Under the pieces are notes generated by a model, which ran no database searches, was not told the origin of the DNA, and saw nothing but the letters and a program-made list of their open reading frames with translations. Positions 15,871-28,688 of a DNA stretch of 64,000 nt are shown piece after piece. How positions within the stretch are numbered: the first letter of the stretch is position 1; every line of letters starts with the position of its first letter. Made by a program: the position numbers and the translations under genes. Source of the DNA: Eledone cirrhosa (Eukaryota); contig OZ024745.1 in assembly GCA_964016885.1 (NCBI GenBank), forward strand, positions 32,612,001 through 32,676,000, given 5' to 3'.

Positions 15871-15967
15871 TTATATATGTATGTATATATATATGTATGT
15901 ATATATATATGTATGTATATATATATATATGTATGTATATATATATGTATGTATATATATATGTATG

Positions 15968-16032
<65 letters not shown>

Positions 16033-16056
16033 ATGTATATATATATGTATATGTAT

Positions 16057-16345
16057 ATCATCATCATCATCATCATTTTACGTCCGCTTTTTCCCTGCTT
16101 GCAAGGGTGGGACAGGAACTGATTCTGGCTTGATTTCTACAGCTGGATGCCCTTCCTAACACCAACCTCATTTACAGTGAGTGCTGGGTGCCTTTTGCCG
16201 TGGCACCTCCACAACCACTTTGCAGTGGAATGATAGGGACCCCAGTCCCTATCATCTCATTTCTAAGGCTGAGTAAACTGGAGCAATGTAAAATAAAGTG
16301 TCTTGCCCAAGGACACAACACATCACCCGGTCTGAGAATTGAACT
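16057..16345 (-). mobile_element. tRNA-derived SINE, truncated within the head
   Basis: Homologous to 40487-40831; (TGA)n tail. Confidence 0.88.
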
Positions 16346-16429
16346 ATATATATATAATGTATATATATATATATATATGTATATGTATATGATGTATGTA
16401 TATATATATATAATGTATGTATATATATG

Positions 16430-19400
16430 TATATAATAGACGTAAATAGAGTGAACGACAGAATAATTAAAATAAGACTTGTCCTCAATAGAACCACGGT
16501 GACAGTAATATCCGCGTACGCACCCCAATCCGGACTGCCCAGCACTATAAAAGACAGATTCTATGAGACACTGATGCTCACTACCTCCCAAATAACCGAC
16601 AGTGACTATATAATTATTGCAGGCGACCTAAACGGTCACGTTGGACAACATTGTGACGGCTACGACGAAATCCATGGAGGCTATGGGTTTGGTACTAGAA
16701 ATGAGGAAGGCTCCAGAATCCTGGAATTCTGTGACGCAAATAACCTAACTATCTGCAACACTAACTTCAAAAAACGAGACGATCACTTGATCACCTACAG
16801 ATCAGGGGAACATACCAGCCAGGTAGATTATATCCTTACCAGAAGACGTGACAAAGTGACTGTTGTAAACACTAAATCCCTCCCCCATGAAGAATGCACC
16901 TCCCAACATAGATTGATAATTAGCGACCTAATAGTCAGGACGAGACGTACTAGGCAACAGAAGAGGACTACCCTCAGGAGAAAAATATGGAAGCTAAAGG
17001 ACCCCACAGCCAAAAATAAATTCCAAAGCATATTACTTGATGCTTTCGACAGTAAGGAAGAGCAAATAGAGTCGTACAAGGTAGAGGAACAGTGGGAATT
17101 CCTGAAAGCAAACCTGCTGACGGCGACAGACGAAGTCTGTGGCTGGAGCAGGCCTGTAGGCAGGGGGAGAGTAATATGGTGGTGGAACAGTAAGGTGGAG
17201 GGGTCAATTAAGGCCAAAAAGCAGTCTTGGAAAGTATGGCGGGATGGGGGAAGCAGAGAAGACTATCAAGTGGCCAGGAGGGAAGCTAGGAGACAAGTGT
17301 ACTTCGCAAGAAGGGAAGCAGAGGAAAGAAAGTTCAAGCATGTTCTACAACGTGAGGACCAAAAACGTGAGGTGTTCAGGATTGCCAGGCAATGTGTCAA
17401 GGAAAACAGTGATATTGTCGGGGAGAAGTGTGTACTTAACGATGACGCCGTACTTGCCATCACCGACGCCGATAAGAAGGTAGCTTGGAAGTGTCACTAT
17501 GAAAGGCTACTCAATGAGGAGAATAAATGGGAGAAAGACAGTCTCCCCCACATCGACCCAATAGAGGGACCAGCAGTGTTAGTCGAGGGTAGTAAAATAA
17601 GTAAGGCAATCAAAGATATGAAGACAGGCAAGGCGGCTGGGCCTTCGGAAATAGTTGCCGAGATGCTGAAGGCATCTGGTACGGTGGGACACACCATGGC
17701 CACCCGGATAGTCAACTAAGTCATACAGAATGGGGTTGTTCCGAAGGACTGGCGTAGCAGCATTATCGTTAACTGTTATAAGGGTAAAGGAGATGCCCTA
17801 GATAGGAATAACTATAGAGGCATTAAGTTAATCGACCAGGTCATGAAGGTCACGGAAAAAGTAATAGCGCAACTAATCAGAGAGCGAATTGATCTAGATG
17901 AAATGCAGTTCGGGTTTGTGTCAGGAAAAAGTACCACAGACGCTCTTTTCATTGTACGACAACTACAGGAGAAGTACCTAGCTAAAGGTAAACCCCTATA
18001 CTTAGCTTTCGTCGACTTGGAGAAGGCCTTCGACAGAGTCCCCCGTTCCATTATCTGGTGGGCTCTTAGAAAACTAGGTGTCGATGAATGGCTTGTGAGA
18101 GCTATACAAGCCATGTATAAAGAAACAGTCAGCAAGGTTAGAATTAACAACGAATATAGTGAAGAGTTTAGTGTAAAAGTTGGTGTTCATCAGGGCTCTG
18201 TTCTTAGCCCCCTACTATTTATTATTGCCCTCCAGGCTATAACAGTGGAGTTCAAGACCGGCTGCCCATGGGAACTCCTATACGCAGATGATCTAACGCT
18301 CATAGCTGAATCAATGGCCGAGCTAGAGAAGAAATTCCAAACTTGGAAGCACGGGCTAGAATCAAAAGGACTTAAAATTAACCTGGCTAAGACTAAAGTT
18401 CTAGTTTGTAAGAAAGAAAATAAGGCAGCGGTCCCCTCCGGGAAGTGGCCATGCGCAGAGTGTAGGAAAGGCGTAGGTAGAAATTCCATTTTGTGTCCCA
18501 AATGCAAAGTTTGGGTTCATAAAAGATGTAGTGGGATCACAGGTAAGCTAACTAAGAACATAGATTTTACATGTGGCCGGTGTTCTGGGGCAATAAGTAG
18601 CAGCAAGTGCCCACAAAATACTAGCTCTTTCAACTGCGCAGAGGGTTCTATAGAAATAGTGGACAGCTTCCGTTACCTGGGTGACAAAATCAGCAGTGGG
18701 GGAGGGTGCTCTGAAAGAACAGTAGCTAGAGTCAGAACTGGGTGGAAAAAGTTCAGAGAGCTTATACCACTATTAGCCGCTAAAGGGTTCTCCCTAAAAA
18801 TGAAACGATGCCTGCATACGAACAGCAATGTTGCATGGCAGTGAGACCTGGGCATTGTGTGCAGAGGATATACGCAGACTAGAGAGAAACGAAGCTTGCA
18901 TGCTCCGCTGGATGTGTAATAGTAATATACGTGAACGACAAAGCATAAACGAACTAAGGAAAAAATTAGAAATAAGAGGGATCAGATGTTGTTTACTAGA
19001 GAGAAGGCTACGTTGGTATGGTCACGTGATGCGCATGAAGGACGATAGCTGTATAACAAAGTGCAGGGCAATAAAGATAGACGGTAGCCACGGAATAGGC
19101 AGACCCAGAAAAACCTGGGACGAGCTGATAAACTACGACCTCACACAGTTACACCTCACCAAGACAATGTCACTGGACCGAGACCTTTGGCGGTACTCAG
19201 TAATAGAGAAGACCCGCCTTACCTAAATACAAAGTAAAACCTATTACAGTCAGTAGGCATCTCTAACAAAATACACCCCCGTCCCACCACCCCCACCCCA
19301 TCCACACCGCCCCCTCTATGTAAAGTTATGTTGGTGCCACACCATCCAGGCCGAAACAAATGAGATCGTGTAGGTGTCACGACAAAAAACACACAGTCCA

Positions 19401-19618
19401 CGCTGTAATGTGGCCGTGTAGGCAACACGGTAAAAACCTCCCAGACCCACACTGTAAATGTGGTTGGTGTTAGGAAGGGCATCCAACTGTAGAAAACCTG
19501 CCAGACAGTCCTATGCGAGCAAGACAATCACTCTTGCCTCAAGTGGGAAAACCCCCGTCCAAACCCATGCAAGCGTGGAACACGGACGTTAAACGATGAT
19601 GATGATGATGATGATGAT
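16430..19618 (+). mobile_element. RTE-clade LINE family A, 5'-truncated pseudogene
   Basis: APE (SAYAP, GDLNGHVG, QVDYIL, SQH) + RT (DLEKAFD, HQGS, YADD). In-frame TAA at 17717-17719, 11-bp deletion near 18806 relative to the copy at 22475-22495, about 390-nt 3' UTR with (GAT)n tail. Confidence 0.93.
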
Positions 19619-19951
19619 ACATATATATATATATATATATACATACATATGTATGTGTATATGTGTACACATGTATGTATACATGTGTATATATGTATAC
19701 ATATGTATATGTATGTATACATATGTATATGTATGTCTATATATGTATACATATGTATATGTATACATATGTATATGTATGTATACATATACATATATAT
19801 ATATTCATATGTATACATATACATATGTATATATATATGTATGTATATATATGTGTATATATATATGTATGTATATATATGTGTATGTATATATGTATTT
19901 ATACGTGTGTGTGTATATATATGTGTGTATATATATATCTGTATATATGTG

Positions 19952-19982
<31 letters not shown>

Positions 19983-20049
19983 TAAAATAATGTATGTATA
20001 TATATATAATCTTTGGATTTTAGTCTTCAAATTTATTATTATTACTATA

Positions 20050-20553
20050 TATCATCATCATCATCATCAACGTTTAACGTCCGTGTTCCATGCTTGCATG
20101 GGTTTGGACGGGGGTAGTCCCACTTGAGGCAAGATTGATTGTCTTGCTCGCATAGGACTGTCTGGCAGGTTTTCTACAGTTGGATGCCCTTCCTAACACC
20201 AACCACATTTACAGTGTGGGTCTGGGAGGTTTTTACCGTGTTGCCTACACGGCCACATTACAGCGTGGACTGTGTGTTTTTTTGTCGTGACACCTACACG
20301 ATCTCATTTGTTTCGGCCTGGATGGCGCGGCACCCACATAACTTTACATAGAACGGGGTGGTGTGGATGGGGTGGGGGTGGGGTGGGTGGGACGGGGTGT
20401 ATTTTGTTAGAGATGCCTACTGGCAAGGCGGGTCTTCTCTATTACTGAGTACCGCCAAAGGTCTCGGTCCAGTGACATTGTCTTGGTGAGGTGTAAGTGT
20501 GTGAGGTCGGAGTTTATCAGCTCGTCCCAGGTTTTTCTGGGTCTGCCTATTCC
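20050..20553 (-). mobile_element. RTE family A 3' fragment
   Basis: Reverse complement of about 19090-19618 with an internal deletion. Confidence 0.9.
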
Positions 20554-20569
20554 ATATATATATATATAT

Positions 20570-20800
20570 TTCGTTTCTGAATTTGTTTAGCAAGATTCTT
20601 TATCTAAAAACGTGTGTTGAAACCGATATTGTTATGCTTTGGGAGGGTCATGTTGCCAATAAGAAGCACACGCACCAGTTGCTTTCGGTCCAATTTATTA
20701 TAAATTAAATTTATAAATTTAATTTATAATAAATTGGATTGAAAGCAGCTGGTGTGTGTGTTTCTTATTGGCAACATGACCCTCCCAAAGCATAATAATA
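20570..20800 (-). mobile_element. Mini fold-back PLE end: about 165-bp palindrome + about 65-nt tail
   Basis: Arms 20636-20800. Terminus ATGACCCTCCCAAAGCATAACAATATC and tail resemble 6847-6925 of the PLE at 4337. Confidence 0.75.
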
Positions 20801-20805
20801 TATAT

Positions 20806-21020
20806 TATGTAATGTGGCCGTGTAGGTAACATGGTAAAAACCTCCCAGTCCACACTGTAAACGTGGTTGGTGTTAGGAAGGGCATCCAGCCGTAGAAAAC
20901 CCGCCAGACAGTCCTATACGAGCAAGACAACCAATCTTGCCTCAAGTGGGAAAATTCCCGTCCAAACCCATGCAAGCATGGAAGATGGACGTTAAACGAT
21001 GATGATGATGATGATGATGA
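20806..21020 (+). mobile_element. RTE family A-like 3' UTR fragment
   Basis: Similar to 19405-19618; (GAT)n tail. Confidence 0.85.
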
Positions 21021-21033
21021 TATATGATGTATG

Positions 21034-21066
<33 letters not shown>

Positions 21067-21105
21067 GATGTATGTATATATATATATATATATATATAAT
21101 GTATG

Positions 21106-21137
<32 letters not shown>

Positions 21138-21144
21138 ATGTATG

Positions 21145-21175
<31 letters not shown>

Positions 21176-21193
21176 GATATATATATGTATATA

Positions 21194-21238
<45 letters not shown>

Positions 21239-21296
21239 GATATATATTTATATGATATGTATATATATGATATATATATATATGTATATATATATA

Positions 21297-21341
<45 letters not shown>

Positions 21342-21397
21342 ATATATATATATGTATATAGATATATGATATATATATATGTATATATATATATATA

Positions 21398-21633
21398 TCA
21401 AGTAAGTATGTTTTGAAACAGTGAGCAGGTTTGAAATTAGAAAATATATATCTTTCACCGTATTTTTGACTAAAGGAATTTTAGCCTGATAATGGGGTTT
21501 AGAACCCTCAGATAAATGGAAAAAGATGAGTATTGAGGTACATGTACCTCAATACTCATCTTTTTCCATTTATCTGAGGGTTCTAAACCCCATTATCAGG
21601 CTAAAATTCCTTTAGTCAAAAATACGGTGAAAG
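21398..21633. repeat. Perfect 182-bp spacerless palindrome (21452-21633) with about 50-nt left tail
   Basis: Axis between 21542/21543 (GGTACA|TGTACC). Confidence 0.9.
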
Positions 21634-21656
21634 CTCTCTCTCTCTCTCTATATATA

Positions 21657-22616
21657 TCATCATCATCATCATCATCAACGTTTAACGTCCGTGTTCCACG
21701 CTTGCATGGGTTTGGACGGGGGTAGTCCCACTTGAGGCAAGAGTGATTGTCTTGCTCGCATAGGACTGTCTGGCAGGTTTTCTACAGTTGGATGCCCTTC
21801 CTAACACCAACCACATTTACAGTGTGGGTCTGGGAGGTTTTTACCGTGTTGCCTACACGGCCACATTACAGCGTGGACTGTGTGTTTTTTTGTCGTGACA
21901 CCTACACGATCTCATTTGTTTCGGCCTCGATGGCGCGGCACCAACATAACTTTACATAGAACGGGGTGGTGTGGATCGGGTGGGGGTGGGGGTGGTGGGA
22001 CTTGGTGTATTTTGTTAGAGATGCCTACTGGCTGGAGTAGGTTTTACTATATATTTAGGTAAGGCGGGTCTTCTCTGTTACTGAGTACCGCCAAAGGTCT
22101 CGGTCCAGTGACATTGTCTTGGAGAGGTGTAAGTGTGTGATGTCGGAGTTTATCAGCTCGTCCCAGGTTTTTCTAGGTCTGCCTATTCCGTGACTACCGT
22201 CTATCTTTATTGCCCTGCACTTTGTTATACAGCTATCGACTTTCATGCGCATCACGTGTCCATACCAACGTAGCCTTCTCTCGAGTAAACAACATCTGAT
22301 CCCTCTTATCTCTAATTTATTCCTTAGTTCGTTTATGCTTTGCCGTTCACGTATATTACTGTTACACATCCAGCGGAGCATGCAAGCTTCGTTCTTCTCT
22401 AGTCTGCGTATATCCTCTGCACACAATGCCCAGGTCTCACTGCCATGCAGCATTGCTGTTCGTATGCAGGCATCGTACAACCTGCCTTTCATTTTTAGTG
22501 AGAACCCTTTAGCAGCTAATAGTGGTATAAGCTCTCTGAACTTTTTCCAACCAGTTCTGACTCTAGCTACAGTACTTTCAGAGCACCCTCCCCCACTGCT
22601 GATTTTATCGCCCAGG
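21657..22616 (-). mobile_element. RTE family A 3' fragment (ORF C-terminus + 3' UTR)
   Basis: [27 protein letters not shown]; (GAT)n tail. Confidence 0.92.
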
Positions 22617-22661
22617 ATATATATATGTATATATGTATATATATATATATGTATATATATG

Positions 22662-22711
<50 letters not shown>

Positions 22712-22731
22712 TATATGTGTATATATATATA

Positions 22732-22872
<141 letters not shown>

Positions 22873-22877
22873 GTATA

Positions 22878-22924
<47 letters not shown>

Positions 22925-22985
22925 GTATGTGTATATATATATATATGTATGTGTATATATATATATGTATATATATATATACATA

Positions 22986-23043
22986 CGTCCCACCCTTGCA
23001 AGCAGGGAAAAAGTGGACGTTAAATTAAATGATGATGATGATG
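22986..23043 (+). mobile_element. RTE family B / SINE 3' tail stub
   Basis: GTCCCACCCTTGCAAGCAGGGAAAA..GGACGT..(TGA)n as at 39991-40035. Confidence 0.8.
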
Positions 23044-23058
23044 TATATATATATATAC

Positions 23059-23437
<379 letters not shown>

Positions 23438-23510
23438 GTATATATATATGTATATATATATGTATATATATATGTATATATATATGTATATATATATGTA
23501 TATATATATG

Positions 23511-23563
<53 letters not shown>

Positions 23564-23580
23564 GTATATATATGTATATA

Positions 23581-23655
<75 letters not shown>

Positions 23656-23664
23656 GTATATATA

Positions 23665-23713
<49 letters not shown>

Positions 23714-23716
<3 letters not shown>

Positions 23717-23891
23717 ACGAAGGAAATGTAGTAAGGAACCAGGTGGACCATAACGCACCAAAGTACTCAATACTTAGGGTAGTAGAGTGGGTAATAGGAA
23801 CGAGTAGGACCCCGACGGCTGAGCTCAAGCCGTTTCGACGGCTAATAGCCGTCGAAACGGCTTGAGCTCAGCCGTCGGGGTCCTACTCGTT

Positions 23892-23896
<5 letters not shown>
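23714..23896 (-). mobile_element. Hairpin insertion, copy 2
   Basis: Direct repeat of 23187-23369 at offset 527; axis at 23845. Confidence 0.75.
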
Positions 23897-23980
<84 letters not shown>

Positions 23981-24055
23981 GTATATATATATGTATATAT
24001 ATATGTATATATATATGTATATATATATGTATATATATATGTATATATATATATG

Positions 24056-24234
<179 letters not shown>

Positions 24235-24610
24235 GTATATATATATATATGTATATATAGTAGTGGGCAGACTAATTTGCATAGAGCGTGAGTACGTACC
24301 GGTTCAACGGAGACGATAAAAACAAATAACGAAACGAAATTAAATTTCGTTTCGTTTGTAACTCACTTTTGTATGACTGACGCTTAAACAATTAAGTAAA
24401 AAATGTACATCCACATATGTATACTGAAATACTAGTATGCATATGAATACACACACGTGTACATATGTAGATGTACCGAGTTTTTCACTGGTCACTTTAC
24501 TGTGAGTGTCCAGCTATTCTGTATGTAAACACACAGACAAACCGGTTTTTAGAGTCATACTGGTTTTTGAGGAAACACCTTTCCTCTATTCTCCAGAAAG
24601 CCTGACAAGC

Positions 24611-24655
24611 AATATTGGACTAGTTTCGATGTTGTTACATCTCATCAGCAATATT
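24611..24655 (-). ncRNA. Canonical minimal type I hammerhead ribozyme
   Basis: Minus strand AATATTG-CTGATGA-GATGT-aaca-ACATC-GAAA-CTAG-TC-CAATATT. Confidence 0.9.
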
Positions 24656-25076
24656 TACCTATCTTCGGGCCTTTCTAGAGAATCGTAAAAGCACATATCG
24701 TTATATGCTTTTTCTATGAAAATTAGTAGTGGGCAGACTAATTTGCATAGAGCGTGAGTACGTACCGGTTCAACGGAGACGATAAAAACAAATAACGAAA
24801 CGAAATTAAATTTCGTTTCGTTTGTAACTCACTTTTGTATGACTGACGCTTAAACAATTAAGTAAAAAATGTACATCCACATATGTATACTGAAATACTA
24901 GTATGCATATGAATACACACACGTGTACATATGTAGATGTACCGAGTTTTTCACTGGTCACTTTACTGTGAGTGTCCAGCTATTCTGTATGTAAACACAC
25001 AGACAAACCGGTTTTTAGAGTCATACTGGTTTTTGAGGAAACACCTTTCCTCTATTCTCCAGAAAGCCTGACAAGG

Positions 25077-25121
25077 AATATTGGACTAGTTTCGATGTTG
25101 TTACCTCTCATCAGCAATATT
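25077..25121 (-). ncRNA. Hammerhead, second unit (one stem II mismatch)
   Basis: Same motif with GAGGT in place of GATGT. Confidence 0.8.
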
Positions 25122-25275
25122 TACCTATCTTCCGGCCTTTCTAGAGAATCGTAAAAGCACATATCGTTATATGCTTTTTCTATGAAAATTAGTAGTGGGC
25201 AGACTAATTTGCATAGAGCGTGAGTACGTACCGGTTCAACGGAGACGATAAAAACAAATAACGAAACGAAATTAA

Positions 25276-27267
25276 AACGATATAATTTCTATCATACAAG
25301 GGGTCAAATTCAAGAGAAACTTCAAAGGCCAGGAATATCTGAAAGGCATTAAGGATAATATTGAGAGCTTAGAGAAAACTGAGATCTTGGTGAAATCTGA
25401 CAAGACCAACAACCTCTATGGAGTGCAGAAAGACATGTATAATGGCCTCATACTGAAGGAACTGAGGAAAAAGTACAAGGTAGCAGATAAGGCCGAGCTT
25501 GAGAAAATGAATGTCGAAGCATCTTGTATAATGCACGAGTTGGAAATTGAGAACAGAACACAACCTTTCGTGCCCAGGAAACCGAAGATCAATATGAAAG
25601 ATCACAAGAGGAATTTTGAAAATGACTTGCCAGTTATATTGATCGCACCATCAAAATCGGACCTGGGCAAATTAAGCAAAAACATTCTTGACAGGGTGAT
25701 ACAGCAAATTAAGAACTTGGATTGTTTATCTAACCTGAGCTTGTGGAAGGGAACTGGAGAGGTTGTTGAGTGGTTTAAGCAAATTAAATATAACAATAAT
25801 AATAAGTTTATTCAACTTGATATTGCTAACTATTATTCTTCTATTACCCCTAATCTACTAAATAAGGCACTAAATTACGCATTCAAACATACTGACCTAA
25901 CTAGCAATGAAATGCATATTATATTATCGGCTAGGAAAACTTTGATAGAATTTAATGACCAACTATGGACCAGAGCAGATAGAGATAGCAATTTTGACAT
26001 TACTATGGGATCATCCGACTCAGCTCAGGTAACTGACCTTGTGGGCTTATTTTTAATCAATTCGCTACATAGGAAAATACCTGGTACTACCGGAGGTTTA
26101 TATAGAGATGACATGCTTTTACTTATTGATAATAATAACTCTGAACTAAATAGAAAATGTAAACAAATTACACAATTTTTTAATTACTTTAATCTTAAAA
26201 TAGAAATTGAGAACAACCATAGAATAGTCAATTTCCTAGATATAACATTAAATCTCAACACATGTCTTCACTATCCTTTTCACAAGTTGAATGAAAACTT
26301 AAACTATGTCAACTTTAACTCTAACCACCCCAGATCTGTCAAAAACACTATAGTAAACTCTGTTCAAAAACGTATCTCTAGGATCTCGTCGAATAGAAAG
26401 ATTTTCGACGAAAAAGCCCAATACTACAATGAAGCATTAGCTAGAGCAGGATATACTGATAAGATTATGTACATAGATAATGATAGACAAACTAAACAAA
26501 ATAACAACTATTTTAATTACGGCAACAACCTTAACAACTATAATAGAAAGCATTACAATAATTCCAAAGGCCAAAAAAGAAATAGAACTAGGAACATAAT
26601 TTGGTTTGCCCCCCCCCCCCCTTTCTCACTAAACATTAAAACCCACATCGCTAAACTATTTTTTAAAGCTCTTGATAATCGCTTCCCTAGAACACATAGG
26701 TATCACTCAATTTTCAATAGACATACTATAAAATTAACCTACTCATCCACCAAAAATTTAGCACAAAATATTAATAGAATAAATAATAGGAACTTAAAAC
26801 CTAGTGATAATAGCATAAATAATATACAAGTTAACAAATGTAACTGTAGAGATAGATCTAAATGTCCGTTAAATAATAACTGCTTAGTTAAAAATATAGT
26901 ATACAATTGTAATGTTAAAACTGACTCTAATTCTTTTAACTACGTCGGTTCCACATCGACGGAATTTAAACTTCGCTATAATAACCACAAGAATTCTTTC
27001 ACAGATCCAAGCAAAAAATCTTCAACGGCACTATCAGGCGTACTCTGGCAACTTAAGCTAGATAACGTTAGATATTCGACGGCTTGGAATATAGTCTCAA
27101 GAGGGATTCCTTTTAATTCATCCTCTGAGACATGTGACCTCTGCGCAGAGGAGATATTCTTTATACTAAAATCTAAAAATTCCCTTAATCTACGGACAAA
27201 TTTATTCAGTTGCTGCAAACATAGATTAAACTCAACGTTTCAATATAAATTTAAATTTAAAATGTAG
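25276..27267 (+). CDS. PLE RT + GIY-YIG, 5'-truncated (probably Hydra-clade-like)
   Basis: KSDKTNNLY, APSKSDLG, LDIANYYSSI, FDITMGS, GLYRDD, VNFLDIT, SNHP, IIWF..PF, CNC..KCPL..C, NIVY..YVGST, CDLC..E. The frame opens at 25276, upstream of the track start. Clade assignment is from motif recall. Confidence 0.92.
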   Translation, partial: NDIISIIQGVKFKRNFKGQEYLKGIKDNIESLEKTEILVKSDKTNNLYGVQKDMYNGLILKELRKKYKVADKAELEKMNVEASCIMHELEIENRTQPFVPRKPKINMKDHKRNFENDLPVILIAPSKSDLGKLSKNILDRVIQQIKNLDCLSNLSLWKGTGEVVEWFKQIKYNNNNKFIQLDIANYYSSITPNLLNKALNYAFKHTDLTSNEMHIILSARKTLIEFNDQLWTRADRDSNFDITMGSSDSAQVTDLVGLFLINSLHRKIPGTTGGLYRDDMLLLIDNNNSELNRKCKQITQFFNYFNLKIEIENNHRIVNFLDITLNLNTCLHYPFHKLNENLNYVNFNSNHPRSVKNTIVNSVQKRISRISSNRKIFDEKAQYYNEALARAGYTDKIMYIDNDRQTKQNNNYFNYGNNLNNYNRKHYNNSKGQKRNRTRNIIWFAPPPPFSLNIKTHIAKLFFKALDNRFPRTHRYHSIFNRHTIKLTYSSTKNLAQNINRINNRNLKPSDNSINNIQVNKCNCRDRSKCPLNNNCLVKNIVYNCNVKTDSNSFNYVGSTSTEFKLRYNNHKNSFTDPSKKSSTALSGVLWQLKLDNVRYSTAWNIVSRGIPFNSSSETCDLCAEEIFFILKSKNSLNLRTNLFSCCKHRLNSTFQYKFKFKM

Positions 27268-28622
27268 TATATTTAGTTTGATTTATAATTATATGGGAAA
27301 CTAGCCGATAAATCTTTCGATTTCTTCTTTTTATTCTTTTTATTTTTTATTTTTATTTTTATTTAAACATTCTTCATGAAAAATTAAGCTACCCTAAAAG
27401 TTGATGCTCCAAATATTTCGAATAAACGTTACACTAGATAAACTTCTATATTAAATATAAGAACACATGTAGACCAAATGGGCATCCTAAACTTTTTGAA
27501 ATGATTTTTGCTAGATGCGATTTGATAAATAATTTTTAGCTTTATCTGTTTTTCGACTCTGATGCTTATAATGAACTTGGCAATATATTGTCAATTAATT
27601 TTGAAGGGTTGATCTTTGTGGTTTATTTTTATTATTGTAGTATTTTCTAATATTTTTATTTTTAATATGTAATATTTTTAATATGTAATATTCTTTCGTA
27701 ATATTTCTATTTTATTATTATTTATTATTATTATTATTATTGTTATTTTTTGGTTTTGTTTCTGATATATATTTTTATTAGTATATTGAAATCTGCTCTC
27801 TATTTCTGCTTGATAGATAATCTTGTAGAGTAAAGACAGGAATAGTAGTAATATTGACTCTATATATATATGTGTGTATATATATACACATATATGTATA
27901 CTTAAATTTTATAGCACAATGAGAATGTTTTCCGTAACCTTAGGGTTTGCAGAGTTGATCATGTAAATTCACTATAGATGTTTGTAGTTATCACATAAAC
28001 ATATGAATTTTTTTTTTTTTTTTTAAACTAAACATAAGATCATTACTTTTCACACATTATGGATACATGTCTCATTCAGGAATACTGATATTTACAATAT
28101 AGTGGCTGGTTTTTATACATACTAATACCTCTACATTAAAACATAGGGTTTTTATGCCTCGCCTATGTCTGGTTATTTTTAATTTTTGTCTCTATATAAC
28201 AGCTGGTTTCTCTCCTAACCACATATATCTCCCTTACATTAATACTAGAGCTAAATAAATAAATAAATAAATAAATGTATCATTGATACGTTTACTCAAC
28301 GGACGTCCCACTACCTAGTTTTCTATATATATATATATATCTATCTCTATTTCCTCTCTCTCTATATATATATATATCTCTCTGTTTCTTTACATGAAGT
28401 TCTTCTCTTTATCTATCTTTCCATCTCTCTATTTTGTTCCATGCATTTCTTCTTTTTCTTTTTTTCTCTTTTTCTTCGTTTTCTCTTTCTTTCCTTTTTT
28501 CTCTCATTTTTTTTTTTTTTTCTCTCTGTGTACAATTTTTTCACTGCCAATTCAACTTTTCAAATACAAGTCGATGTTGTACAGTATGTCAAATCTATTT
28601 ATCTATAAAACTGTTTATATTG

Positions 28623-28688
28623 TATTTTGTCTGAGGAAGGCATAGCATATTGTTAATATGATATCCCTGAAATATATATAATGAAATA
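28623..28688 (+). ncRNA. Type I hammerhead with (AT)n stem III
   Basis: TATTTTGT-CTGAGGA-stem II (AGG..CATATT/AATATG..CCT)-GAAA-TATATA-TA-ATGAAATA. Confidence 0.7.

Larger units (their letters stand above)
24258..25276 (-). repeat. 466-bp tandem repeat (about 2.2 units), each full unit with a hammerhead; retrozyme-like or tandem pseudo-LTRs
   Basis: Units start at 24258, 24724 and 25190; near-identical. Confidence 0.9.

Noticed and set aside
17717-17719. Programmed read-through between RTE ORF segments
   Set aside because: Family B has Gln at this position and this copy has another disabling deletion; an ordinary nonsense mutation.
20011-20036. 26-bp match to 11101-11126
   Set aside because: Too short to assign; probably a stub of another abundant repeat.
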